Source: Candidatus Thorarchaeota archaeon
Lineage (GTDB): Archaea; Asgardarchaeota; Thorarchaeia; Thorarchaeales; Thorarchaeaceae
Length of the DNA: 64,000 nucleotides
Direction: 5' to 3'
Assembly: GCA_029855935.1 (NCBI GenBank)
Contig: JAGSHN010000005.1
Span: 96,001 to 160,000 of the forward strand
Within the stretch, counting starts at the first letter, position 1. Every line of letters starts with the position of its first letter. The notes beneath the pieces were generated by a model. That model searched no databases and had not been told where the DNA came from. It saw only the letters and a program-made list of their open reading frames with translations. Shown piece by piece: positions 18,651 through 27,679 of this stretch. The position numbers were made by a program, and so were the translations under genes.

Positions 18651-18717
18651 TCGCTAGGAGAAGACTGGTGAAACCGATGTCCGTGGCTGGCCCCCAAGAT
18701 GGGACCTGACCTAGCGA
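18651..18717 (-). ncRNA. Candidate structured RNA in the tRNA-Glu leader
   Basis: 8-bp closing stem TCGCTAGG/CCTAGCGA enclosing two hairpins; lies between an AT-rich TATA-like box (~18746-18752) and tRNA-Glu. Confidence 0.35.
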
Positions 18718-18768
18718 CAATCGGTGATGGCTCCACAGCTGGGTGTTATTAACGTTATGTAGCAGGAG

Positions 18769-19179
18769 TTACTGGCGAGAGGGCAGAAGAATCTGATCCT
18801 CGGCTGTGTCGGACAACGAATCACAGGAGGTCGCATCTATGGAGTGCGACGTACTGTGGCCACAGCCAGCTGCACCACTATTGTTGTCACCACGCTCAGA
18901 TGACATGTTCGCGTCAGGGCAACCAGCGGTCAAACCAAGTGCGGCCTGAAGCAGAAATGTCCTCAAATCAGAGACATCAGGCAGACCTCTCAGTACCTGT
19001 TCACGGAAGATCAGTGTCGGAAGAACTCGTACTCCAAACACTGTTGCGAAGAGGCGCTCACGGTCGATATCTATCTCGCAGAGATTGGGCCGTATTCCCA
19101 GGACTGATGACTCCTCAAGAATCATGTCGCGCACCGTCCGACACCAGATGCAATGTTTCGACGTGAAGAGGAGTATCAA
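18769..19179 (-). CDS. Thioredoxin-fold protein
   Basis: LFTSKHCIWC (CxxC), EIDID, GVRVLPTL (cis-Pro); low-complexity tail. Confidence 0.7.
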   Translation of the reverse strand: MILLFTSKHCIWCRTVRDMILEESSVLGIRPNLCEIDIDRERLFATVFGVRVLPTLIFREQVLRGLPDVSDLRTFLLQAALGLTAGCPDANMSSERGDNNSGAAGCGHSTSHSIDATSCDSLSDTAEDQILLPSRQ

Positions 19180-19370
19180 GTTCTTGCGCTCCGAGACCTT
19201 GTTCAGTAGTCATCACTGGTGCCATAATTTAAGCGCCAATGGAAACGTGGTTCAAACCGAATGTGACGGTTCGTTGACCTGCTATCATCACCGCTGGCGC
19301 GAGCCGGGTGACGAGATGCTGGCGGTGCTTCGCAAGGTTAATATCGCGGACCAGAGTGACTAACTGTCAA

Positions 19371-19475
19371 GGGCCCGTAGCTCAGCTTGGTGGAGCGGCA
19401 GGCTCATAACCTGTATGTCTGGCGGATAGTCGGACAGGGGAACGGTCAGGGGTTCAAATCCCCTCGGGCCCACCA
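19371..19475 (+). tRNA. tRNA with CAU anticodon, likely tRNA-Ile2, with 28-nt non-canonical intron at 43/44 (19415-19442)
   Basis: GGGCCCG acceptor, GCAGG-CTCATAA-CCTGT arm. Removing 19415-19442 gives a standard 77-nt cloverleaf ending ACCA. TATA-like ttaatat about 30 nt upstream. Confidence 0.9.
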
Positions 19476-19548
19476 TAGTTCTACACAAGCTACATGCCGA
19501 GAGGGTAGCGGTGTATTTTTACGACAGGAGGGAGCCCTCACACAGATT

Positions 19549-20298
19549 ATGAGTAGTATAATTGTGGGTTTCACGGCGAGCCTACTTGCGGGTGCGGCCA
19601 CCGGGTTGGGCGCGATTCCAGTGCTCTTTGGGCGCTCATTCTCACGTCGTACGCTGGATCTCATGTTGGGGTTTGCAGCTGGTGTGATGCTCGCAGCATC
19701 TGCATTCAGTCTTCTTGTGCCAGCACTGGAACATATCTATGGCGGGGTCATCGTTGTGAGCGCAGGTTTCATACTCGGAGGCGCTACGGTTCATCTTGTG
19801 GACAAGTACGTACCTCACGAACATCTGATGAAGGGGCCAGAGGGGCCAGCGAGTTCAATGCCACGAACCTGGCTCCTCGTGATTGCGATAACAATCCATA
19901 ACTTTCCAGAGGGGCTTGCAGTCGGCGTCGCCTTTGGTGCCGAGAGTATTGGAACTGGAATTACCATAGCCACCGCGATTGGCCTACAGAACATCCCAGA
20001 GGGGCTCGCTGTTGCTGCTCCCCTTGTCAGGAACGGGTACAGCAGATTGAGGGCGGGAGGAATAGCACTGCTTACGGGTCTCGTGGAGCCACTCGGAGGG
20101 GCAGTGGGAGTGATAGTCGTGACCCTCTCTCAAGTACTATTGCCTTGGGGCCTGGCATTTGCGGCAGGAGCTATGATCTTCGTGGTGAGCGACGAGATGA
20201 TACCAGAGAGTCATAGTGGAGGGTTTGAACGGTACGCCACACTAGGACTGATGGTTGGCTTTGTGATAATGATGGTTCTGGACAACTTCTTCGGCTAG
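19549..20298 (+). CDS. ZIP family metal transporter (ZupT/GufA)
   Basis: GFAAGVML, HNFPEG, QNIPEG, EMIPESH. Start reassigned downstream of the tRNA. Confidence 0.92.
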   Translation: MSSIIVGFTASLLAGAATGLGAIPVLFGRSFSRRTLDLMLGFAAGVMLAASAFSLLVPALEHIYGGVIVVSAGFILGGATVHLVDKYVPHEHLMKGPEGPASSMPRTWLLVIAITIHNFPEGLAVGVAFGAESIGTGITIATAIGLQNIPEGLAVAAPLVRNGYSRLRAGGIALLTGLVEPLGGAVGVIVVTLSQVLLPWGLAFAAGAMIFVVSDEMIPESHSGGFERYATLGLMVGFVIMMVLDNFFG

Positions 20299-20387
20299 TC
20301 GCTGTTAGAAACGGCTGGGAGAGGCGTTTTTTATAGCGTCTCGACAGCAAGCTTAATATTGACAGCAATTGGGAAAATCGATTAGGT

Positions 20388-20522
20388 GCCGCCGTGGCTC
20401 AGTCGGTAGAGCGACAGCCTGTTAAGTTGTAGTGCAATGCAGTCCGCGTTGCACGACGACTGGTCGGAGGTTCGAGATGCACAGTGATGCCATTGTGCAC
20501 GGGAACCCTCCCGGCGGCGCCA
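20388..20522 (+). tRNA. tRNA-Asn(GUU) with two non-canonical introns (43/44: 20431-20460; 59/60: 20477-20505)
   Basis: GCCGCCG acceptor, ACAGC-CTGTTAA-GTTGT arm, GGAGG/CCTCC T-stem, GCCA end. Both inserts are hairpins in BHB-like context. Confidence 0.92.
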
Positions 20523-20660
20523 CTCTTCGATTCTCATTCTTTCCCGTCCTCGTAGAGACCATCCACTGATATCCTACGGCCCATGTGATGTATACACAAT
20601 GAAAACGAGTAAATACAGGTGAGGTGACGAGGCCGAAGACAAGACAGGACGGCGACTCCG

Positions 20661-21281
20661 ATGACCAAGGACGACCATAAAGACACTACAATGACCGTGT
20701 GGTGCCCATTGATTGCACCGGAGTACCGTGACAAGCTGCGAGGATACCTTGACGAGCTGCCCCGCGTGAACACAGCCTATGAGGACTGGCTGTCATCAAT
20801 CAGAGGAAAGCCGGTCGTTGGCGTTGACATAGGAGTGATCCTTGATCGAATCAGGATGCTGATGATCAATATCGGTATTGCCTTTGCACAGAACAGGGCG
20901 CTTGCCGAGGCGGTTCAATCCGTGGTATCGGAACAACTTCGGACCTCGGCCTTGAAGCTGGCCGAGAGATTACCAGATGGGTCCCAACTGGAGCATCTCG
21001 CAAGAGCCATAGTAGAGGAGTTCTTCAACGAGATAAAGTTCACACGAGACGTCGTTCCAGAAGAAGAGATAGAGAGTGTAGCGAGGAAAATCATCGAGGG
21101 GATAAGTCAGGACAGAGGACAGGATAGGAGCGGATTTCTGAAGAGGGCTCTATCACGCGGGGCAAGAGAGGATCCACCGGATTTGAACTCAGTCATCGAA
21201 AGAGCATTGCAGAATAGTACAAGCATTGTGAAGAAGCTCTACGTGCGGCTTCTCACACCCAATCCGTGGGCCGACCTATGA
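20661..21281 (+). CDS. Hypothetical alpha-helical protein
   Basis: 206-aa ORF filling the gap, GAGGTGA upstream; no recognised motif. Confidence 0.65.
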   Translation: MTKDDHKDTTMTVWCPLIAPEYRDKLRGYLDELPRVNTAYEDWLSSIRGKPVVGVDIGVILDRIRMLMINIGIAFAQNRALAEAVQSVVSEQLRTSALKLAERLPDGSQLEHLARAIVEEFFNEIKFTRDVVPEEEIESVARKIIEGISQDRGQDRSGFLKRALSRGAREDPPDLNSVIERALQNSTSIVKKLYVRLLTPNPWADL

Positions 21282-21383
21282 AGTCATCAGAGAGGTATTG
21301 GGGCACATCGGGAGGGCTCAGTCACGTTTTTAGGACGACTATGGAATCGAGATGACTGAGATAAACCGAAGGGGATTCTGATA

Positions 21384-23606
21384 GTGAGTATAACAAAGCT
21401 CTCGGACATTCCTGGCGTGGGCGAGAAGGTGCGAAAGGCATTGATTGAACACTTTGGGAGTGAGAACGTTGCACTCAAGGTGATATTGGACTCGCGAGTA
21501 GACCTTGTTGCTGCGGTTCCAGGACTGGGGAGCAGACAGGCAATCAACATCGTGAAAGGCGCCTTTGAGGTGCAATTTGGCGCCAGTTCCAACATGCTGT
21601 TACGAAGCACGGATGCCCGTAAGATATTCGAGATGACATTGGAAATCATAAGAGGTTACGCCAACACCAGCTATGCGCGAGACAAGCTTGTGTTATATTT
21701 CCCACTCCCCCCGGATAAGATGGACGTGATAATGGAGCGTCAGAAGTATTTTGCTGATGCCGCCGAGATGGCGCGAAATCTATCGACAGAACAACGAGAA
21801 ACCCTCAGAAAGGAGCTCTCTCAGGTACGTGGTCTGTTTCGTCGGGTCCCCCCAAGACGCATAGAGGGACGAGTCGTCCTCACGAATGATGACAAGGTCT
21901 TCGACAAACTCGTTCAGGCGGGAGTGGATCGGTGGTGTCCGGTATATATCCTGTCTGAGGGAGAGAACGCGATAGACTATGCACAGGGCTTTGACCTTGT
22001 CATATTCATCTCACCTCTGGGTCTGTATGATGAATCGCTTGATCACTTTGACAATGTTGAGATATTGGGAAAAGAGTGGTCCATCGATGACATACTCCCC
22101 GAGAAGACCATCGGGTTCTACGCACGGAACTACCGTGTCATTGACGCAGCGTGCAGGCTCACTGAAGTGTTCCAATCACTCCCAGTCAACGTGTCGGTAG
22201 AGGCCTTCAAGAGGGCAATCGACTTTGAGAGAATACAGCGGGTCGGTGAGCTACTTGCACAACTGGACGAGTCCGGAAATATAGCAGTAGGTGTAGACGA
22301 GGAGATAGACCGGTATCGGAATGCCGTCAAGATATTCCCCACTGCAATTGCTGAGGTCGAGGCCTGGGCAAATGATGAGATAACGAGCCGTATTGCCAAG
22401 AGTGAAGTCACGCTTGGCGGACAGCAGATAATCAGCATTCTCCAGTCTGCAGAGGCTGACGCGGGAGATGCAGATGCTCTCCGCAACATGCTCCCGGCCG
22501 AGATAATCGAAACATTCTCTACAACCATTCGAGAGGCGGAGGACAAGCTGGTCCAGATGTTGGGTCTCACAGTGCGTGAGGCAGACTGGGTAACAGGCAT
22601 AATCAGTGAGGACATCGCCCTGCCTGTCAAGATGCTGCCGGCCCAGATAAACGCGCTCGAAGACCGTCTACGTCGACTCTATGCCGAACGACAATTTCGG
22701 CTGATGAAGAAAGTAGCCAGAGAGTTGGACCAGCTAAGGGAGGCAGTGGTAGAGGCTGTACAGACTCTTCTGGAATTTGATCTGTTCCTCGCGGTGGGCC
22801 TGTTTGCCGCGGACTACGATCTCCACACGCCCGAGATCTCGATGGACTTCAGGGGTGTTGGTATCGTTGGAGCTCGGAATCTCTTTCTAGTGAACAGCTG
22901 GTTGAAGGGAAAGCACGGTGAGGTGCAACCGATTGACTACGTGATAGGGGACACCCCGTTCAGACCGAAGGGCACTAGTGGCGAGAACTGTGCCATCCTA
23001 TCTGGGGCCAATAGTGGAGGCAAGACGACAACAATACAGACAATCGCACAGATAGTGATGCTCGCCCAGGCCGGGTTTCCAGTGCCAGCCGAGAGAGCAT
23101 ATCTCCGCGTATTCGAAGAGATATACTTCTTCTACAAGAGCAGAGGCATGGTCAGTGCCGGGGCCTTTGAAACGACACTAAAACAGTTCGCGGACATCGC
23201 TGTATCCGAGAAATCAAAGCTCGCCCTCTTCGATGAGATTGAGGCAATAACCGAGCCGGGAAGCGCAGCAAACGTCATTGCAGGCCTGCTCGAGATACTG
23301 CAGAAGGACGAGAAGAACATGACTGTCATCTGCAGCCATCTCGCAAGGGAGATCAAACAGGCGACAGACGCGCCTGTCAGAATTGATGGAATCGAGGCAA
23401 AGGGGCTGAATGAGAGGTTGGAGCTAATAGTGGACAGGACACCGCGCTTTGGGCATCTGGCACGAAGCACCCCGGAACTCATCGTCGAGAGGCTGTCAAA
23501 ACTGACAAAGGGGCCCAAACGAGAAGTCTATCTGCGAATACTTGAGAACCTCACGCGACTCAGAGAAGACGAGGAACGTCTGCAGCAGAAGGGGGTTACA
23601 GACTGA
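21384..23606 (+). CDS. Archaeal MutS-like ATPase (MutS5 type) with N-terminal helix-hairpin-helix motifs
   Basis: IPGVGEK and VPGLGSR HhH motifs; SGANSGGKTT, SAGAFE, FDEIEAITEP, SHL. Confidence 0.85.
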   Translation: MSITKLSDIPGVGEKVRKALIEHFGSENVALKVILDSRVDLVAAVPGLGSRQAINIVKGAFEVQFGASSNMLLRSTDARKIFEMTLEIIRGYANTSYARDKLVLYFPLPPDKMDVIMERQKYFADAAEMARNLSTEQRETLRKELSQVRGLFRRVPPRRIEGRVVLTNDDKVFDKLVQAGVDRWCPVYILSEGENAIDYAQGFDLVIFISPLGLYDESLDHFDNVEILGKEWSIDDILPEKTIGFYARNYRVIDAACRLTEVFQSLPVNVSVEAFKRAIDFERIQRVGELLAQLDESGNIAVGVDEEIDRYRNAVKIFPTAIAEVEAWANDEITSRIAKSEVTLGGQQIISILQSAEADAGDADALRNMLPAEIIETFSTTIREAEDKLVQMLGLTVREADWVTGIISEDIALPVKMLPAQINALEDRLRRLYAERQFRLMKKVARELDQLREAVVEAVQTLLEFDLFLAVGLFAADYDLHTPEISMDFRGVGIVGARNLFLVNSWLKGKHGEVQPIDYVIGDTPFRPKGTSGENCAILSGANSGGKTTTIQTIAQIVMLAQAGFPVPAERAYLRVFEEIYFFYKSRGMVSAGAFETTLKQFADIAVSEKSKLALFDEIEAITEPGSAANVIAGLLEILQKDEKNMTVICSHLAREIKQATDAPVRIDGIEAKGLNERLELIVDRTPRFGHLARSTPELIVERLSKLTKGPKREVYLRILENLTRLREDEERLQQKGVTD

Positions 23607-24187
23607 TGAACAGGGTGTTGATCTTCGGGGATCTCCACGTTCCGACCAGAGCTGACTCAATACCTGAGGCCTTCTGGGACCACATAAGCTCTCAGCAATA
23701 CGACTTTGCATTGGTGACTGGCGACTTGATAACTGAGGACGACATGCGTAGGGTCATGCCGCCTTTGCCAAGATGCTACATAGTGAGAGGCAACATGGAC
23801 AGAGAGGCCAAGCATCCAATCCATCACAAGGTCAAGGTGGGAAAGGCGAAAGTCTTCCTTATGCACGGAACCCACCTTGTTCCTCGGGGTAATCTGGAAC
23901 AGTTCTTTGACCTCTTGGTCGAACAGAAAGCAGACATAGGCGTCTACGGTCACACACATCAACCTCAGATTGAGTATGCCCACAATCGGTTGTTTCTCAA
24001 CCCAGGGACTATAACAGGTGCCACAGGCGGATGGGGCGGCAGACAGGATGCCACATTTCTGGAGTTAGAAGTCGATGGCGACAAAATCACTGCACGCCTG
24101 ATAAGGACGGACTGGAAGAAAATCGAACATATTCCTCTGACCTACAGGATGACGGAGTTGGGTATCGAGCGGGCAACATTCTACTAG
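23606..24187 (+). CDS. Vps29/YfcE-like metallophosphoesterase
   Basis: GDLHVP, TGDL, VRGNMD, HG, GHTH, NPGT.TGA. Coupled to the MutS-like gene by TGATG. Confidence 0.85.
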   Translation: MNRVLIFGDLHVPTRADSIPEAFWDHISSQQYDFALVTGDLITEDDMRRVMPPLPRCYIVRGNMDREAKHPIHHKVKVGKAKVFLMHGTHLVPRGNLEQFFDLLVEQKADIGVYGHTHQPQIEYAHNRLFLNPGTITGATGGWGGRQDATFLELEVDGDKITARLIRTDWKKIEHIPLTYRMTELGIERATFY

Positions 24188-24203
24188 AACACGCGACCTG
24201 CCC

Positions 24204-25199
24204 TCAATATCCCCGACGGATATCAACAATATTCAGAGGAGTCTGACCACGTAGAAAACGCAGCACATTCTCAGCAGCGAAGCGAATCTGGTGTTTGCGG
24301 GTCGCCTGCGAGTAACCAGCCCGATGAGGCGTCATGATCACATTGTCCAACTCGTGAAAGGGGTATCTTGACGGAGGAGAGTTCTTACCGCCCCATTGGG
24401 AGGGGTATCGCCACCATACGTCGAGCGCGGCACCGGCAATTCGGCCTGTGGATAGGGCCTCGTATAGGGCACGCTCATCAACAACCTCCCCACGTGATAC
24501 ATTGACCAAGATTGCGGAGGACTTCATCCACGAGAGGAACTTTCCATCGACCATGCCTCTTGTTTCGGGGGTCAATGGTACTGTCAGTATCACAAAGTCC
24601 GCCTGACGCACAAGAGGCTCAATTTCGGTGAATGGCACGACCTCTGAAGCAAGGTCTTGAGCACTCACCTTTCCACTACGAGTTGCGGCGACCACTTCCA
24701 CCTCCAGCGCCCGGAGCCGTTGCGCCACGGCAGACCCAATCTGACCCAGACCGACCAAGAGACATCTGGACCCACGAATCTCTCTGTTTGGGGACAGACC
24801 TGCGTAGGTGTACCTCCAGTCCCCGGCGCGCAGATAGCGGTCACTGGGAACGATGTTCTTTGCTGCAGCAAGCAGGAGCGCTATAGCGAACTCGGCCACC
24901 TCTTCGGCATTGACATGTGAATTACACACCGTGATGTCACCGCGTGCAAGAACAGCCTCACGATCAATTTTGTCGACGCCAGCTCCAACTGCCTGTATCA
25001 TCTTCAAGGACTTTGCATGAAGGATGTACTCGCCAGGCACTCTGCCCGAGATGACAGCGACAGCGTCACCTCCGTGCAGAAGCATGTCCTTAGGGTCGCG
25101 TGTACTCGTCACCACCTCAGCAGCCCCATCAAGAATGGCGCGTATCTCTTCAACCACCTCAGAGGTGTAGGGTACGAGAACTCGCGGCAGTCTGGACAT
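24204..25199 (-). CDS. D-isomer-specific 2-hydroxyacid dehydrogenase
   Basis: GAGVD, GLGQIG, NVSRGEVVD, AALDVW, TPHRAG. Confidence 0.9.
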   Translation of the reverse strand: MSRLPRVLVPYTSEVVEEIRAILDGAAEVVTSTRDPKDMLLHGGDAVAVISGRVPGEYILHAKSLKMIQAVGAGVDKIDREAVLARGDITVCNSHVNAEEVAEFAIALLLAAAKNIVPSDRYLRAGDWRYTYAGLSPNREIRGSRCLLVGLGQIGSAVAQRLRALEVEVVAATRSGKVSAQDLASEVVPFTEIEPLVRQADFVILTVPLTPETRGMVDGKFLSWMKSSAILVNVSRGEVVDERALYEALSTGRIAGAALDVWWRYPSQWGGKNSPPSRYPFHELDNVIMTPHRAGYSQATRKHQIRFAAENVLRFLRGQTPLNIVDIRRGY

Positions 25200-25312
25200 G
25201 AAGATTTGCACCTCATAGATAGTGCGGCCGAGTGTGTGCACGATGTCTTATGCTCAAGAAAGAGGTTGTGGTCGGAGCGACGTATGAAACGCCACTCCTC
25301 CCGCTGGTGGAA

Positions 25313-26827
25313 TCAATAAGACCTCGCCACGTAGACCACTTCGCGTGCCGGACGACCACAGACGACACAGACTCCGTCAGGCTTCTCCTCGACATCAATC
25401 CGAGTGCCACGAATCTCGCCTCCCGTCTGGGCCTTGATCTCCTCGGCGCACTCCAAGCCGTCCATCTCGGTGGTGCAGAATGGGATGCGAGCAATCTTTC
25501 CTCGTTCCACAGCGTCACGAATCTCACCCATCCTGTCAGCATCAACTATGAGGCCCTCGAACTTCGCCTCGGCCTGCTTCCTAAGAGTCTGGTCTATGTC
25601 CTCACCAAGCGCGACAATGTGAGAAACAACGTCCGCCAGCGGGACCGTTTCACGCTTCATCAAGTCACGACGGAAGAGGACCACTGTTTCTTCGGACATT
25701 TCACGAGGACCAATCTCCGCGCGAATAGGGACACCCTTCATCTCCCAGTAGTTGAACTTCCAACCAGGGGTGGCCTCATCATCGTCCAGATAGACACGAA
25801 TACCTGCCTGTTGGAGGAGGTTCCTGAAACGATGACAGTAGTCCATCACATCTTCCTCATTCTCCACCTTGAAGATGGGCACTATGACCACCTGATAGGG
25901 GGCCAGCTTGTAGGGAAGTCTGAGGCCCTTGTCATCGCCGTGAACAGAGATCATCGCGCCATAGATTCTCGAGATTGCAGGACCATAGCAGGTCTGATAC
26001 GCATAGACCAGTTCGTTGTCCTCGTTCACGTACTTTATGTCAAAGGCGCGCGCGAAGTTGTCGCCCAAGTCGTGAGTGGAGGGCAGCTGAATCACCTTGC
26101 CATCAGGCATCAGCGTGTCGGCAGCATAGGTGTTGACTCCGCCGGGAAACTTGTCCCACTGGGTCCGCTTGAAGACCATCACGGGAATCCCAAATTGCTC
26201 TGTCACAACCTCCTTGGTCGTTTCGAGGTCCTCCAGTACCTGGGCCTTTGCCTCCTCGTGTGTAGCGAAGACGTTGTGGCTCTCGATCCACAGGAACTCG
26301 CGGCCTCGCAGGAACGGCCGCGTGCTCTTCACCTCAGACCTGAAGACCGAACATCGCTGATACCGTTTCAGAGGAAGGTCACGCCAGCTGCGGACCCACA
26401 GAGCGTACATTGGATAGATTGCCGTTTCGCTCGTGGGCCGCAACGCGAGCCGCTCCTCAAGCCTCTCACCCGTACCAACCTCGCTGATCCAGAACACCTG
26501 AGGCGTGAAGCCCTCCACGTGCTCAGCCTCTTTGATGAGATTGCTCTCTGGAATCACGGTCGGGAAGAGCATCGGGAGATGGTCCTTGCGTTGCAAAGCA
26601 GCCTCATAGAGGTCGAACATGATCTCCATGCTCATTACACTCCAAGGTAGGAAGGGAGTGAAGCCCTTGACTCCATATCGGATGTCAGCCAGTTCAGCCA
26701 CTTTGCATATCTCACCGAACCACTCGGGAAAGTTCTTCTCCTTACTGATATTGAATATGGCCTTTCTGCTCTCATCTTGCTTGCTCTTGACTGTCACAGT
26801 GGACTCAGCCTCCAAGAACTCTGACAA
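25313..26827 (-). CDS. proS: Prolyl-tRNA synthetase (archaeal/eukaryotic type)
   Basis: RPTSET, PFLRGREFLWIE, PGWKFNYWEMKGVP, C-terminal CVVCG...ARSY. Confidence 0.97.
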   Translation of the reverse strand: MSEFLEAESTVTVKSKQDESRKAIFNISKEKNFPEWFGEICKVAELADIRYGVKGFTPFLPWSVMSMEIMFDLYEAALQRKDHLPMLFPTVIPESNLIKEAEHVEGFTPQVFWISEVGTGERLEERLALRPTSETAIYPMYALWVRSWRDLPLKRYQRCSVFRSEVKSTRPFLRGREFLWIESHNVFATHEEAKAQVLEDLETTKEVVTEQFGIPVMVFKRTQWDKFPGGVNTYAADTLMPDGKVIQLPSTHDLGDNFARAFDIKYVNEDNELVYAYQTCYGPAISRIYGAMISVHGDDKGLRLPYKLAPYQVVIVPIFKVENEEDVMDYCHRFRNLLQQAGIRVYLDDDEATPGWKFNYWEMKGVPIRAEIGPREMSEETVVLFRRDLMKRETVPLADVVSHIVALGEDIDQTLRKQAEAKFEGLIVDADRMGEIRDAVERGKIARIPFCTTEMDGLECAEEIKAQTGGEIRGTRIDVEEKPDGVCVVCGRPAREVVYVARSY

Positions 26828-27000
26828 GCGGTGAACTGGCTAGGACTGAGAAAGAGTCTATTGACGATACGGAACGTAACCACCTAGCACTGAGGTTCAC
26901 CCAAGACGCCCTTCCGGCAGACCCTATTTAAGTTCTACCGTGTCACATCTCTACCTCCAGGCGTCTGTTTCTGAGGGCTGCTGCACAGTCTCTCCAGATA

Positions 27001-27522
27001 TCATCTCTTGAGTGTGACGTCTCCAATCTCGCGCATCCGCTCATCCCATCGATACTTCTGAATCAGAGCCGCAACTCCGGGCGGAACGAGCTCTTGCCAA
27101 GGCCCGTTCTCTCGAATCAGGCGTCGAATATGAGTACCACTGTATCTTGTCCGATCCAACAAGGATGCCTCACCCACCTCGACGCCCGCATCACGGAACA
27201 GTCTTCGAACGAGAGGATTGTGAGTATAGCCCTTCTGAAAATAGGGGACAAGACTTCGGAGGTGGGCCACCCACAGTGGATGAATGTGGATATCGGGAAC
27301 TGGAACTATATCAATGCGTTCAAGCGGGAAATTCTCATCAATCAGCGCACGTTTCAGCATCATTATGCGCTCGCCCCCGCTAAATGGGTTGTCAGGCGTG
27401 TGAGAGTATTGTGCACTGCCTATTGCAATCACAAGATCCTCATCACGGTCGAGAATCTGATGAATGGTAAAGAGATGGCCGTTGTGTACTGGTTGAAACC
27501 TACCCACGAACACCGAGCGCAT
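27001..27522 (-). CDS. nadM: Nicotinamide-nucleotide adenylyltransferase
   Basis: GRFQPVHNGH, GSAQYSH..DNPF..GER, SGTHIR. Confidence 0.93.
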   Translation of the reverse strand: MRSVFVGRFQPVHNGHLFTIHQILDRDEDLVIAIGSAQYSHTPDNPFSGGERIMMLKRALIDENFPLERIDIVPVPDIHIHPLWVAHLRSLVPYFQKGYTHNPLVRRLFRDAGVEVGEASLLDRTRYSGTHIRRLIRENGPWQELVPPGVAALIQKYRWDERMREIGDVTLKR

Positions 27523-27679
27523 GATTAGTCATCTACGATTCGATAGTGGTGTCTGATAAGGATTCTCAACGTCTTGACTGTAGAGGCAGCGCCATACTCT
27601 TTAGGTACATAGCAGTACAATGTCAGGCTGGAACGAACGAACTCTGAGACGCGATTATTGAGAGAGGTGCCGTAGTGCG

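Noticed and set aside
18722-18770. GGTGATGG..TCCAC resembling a fluoride riboswitch 5' end
   Set aside because: The 3' GCU(A/G)AUGAC pseudoknot segment is missing and there is no suitable downstream gene.
19387-19548. N-terminal extension of the ZIP transporter ORF
   Set aside because: It overlaps the tRNA gene; the real start is most likely ATG 19549.
25232-26650. 472-aa ORF antisense to proS
   Set aside because: Shadow ORF from the codon bias of a highly expressed gene; no protein motifs.
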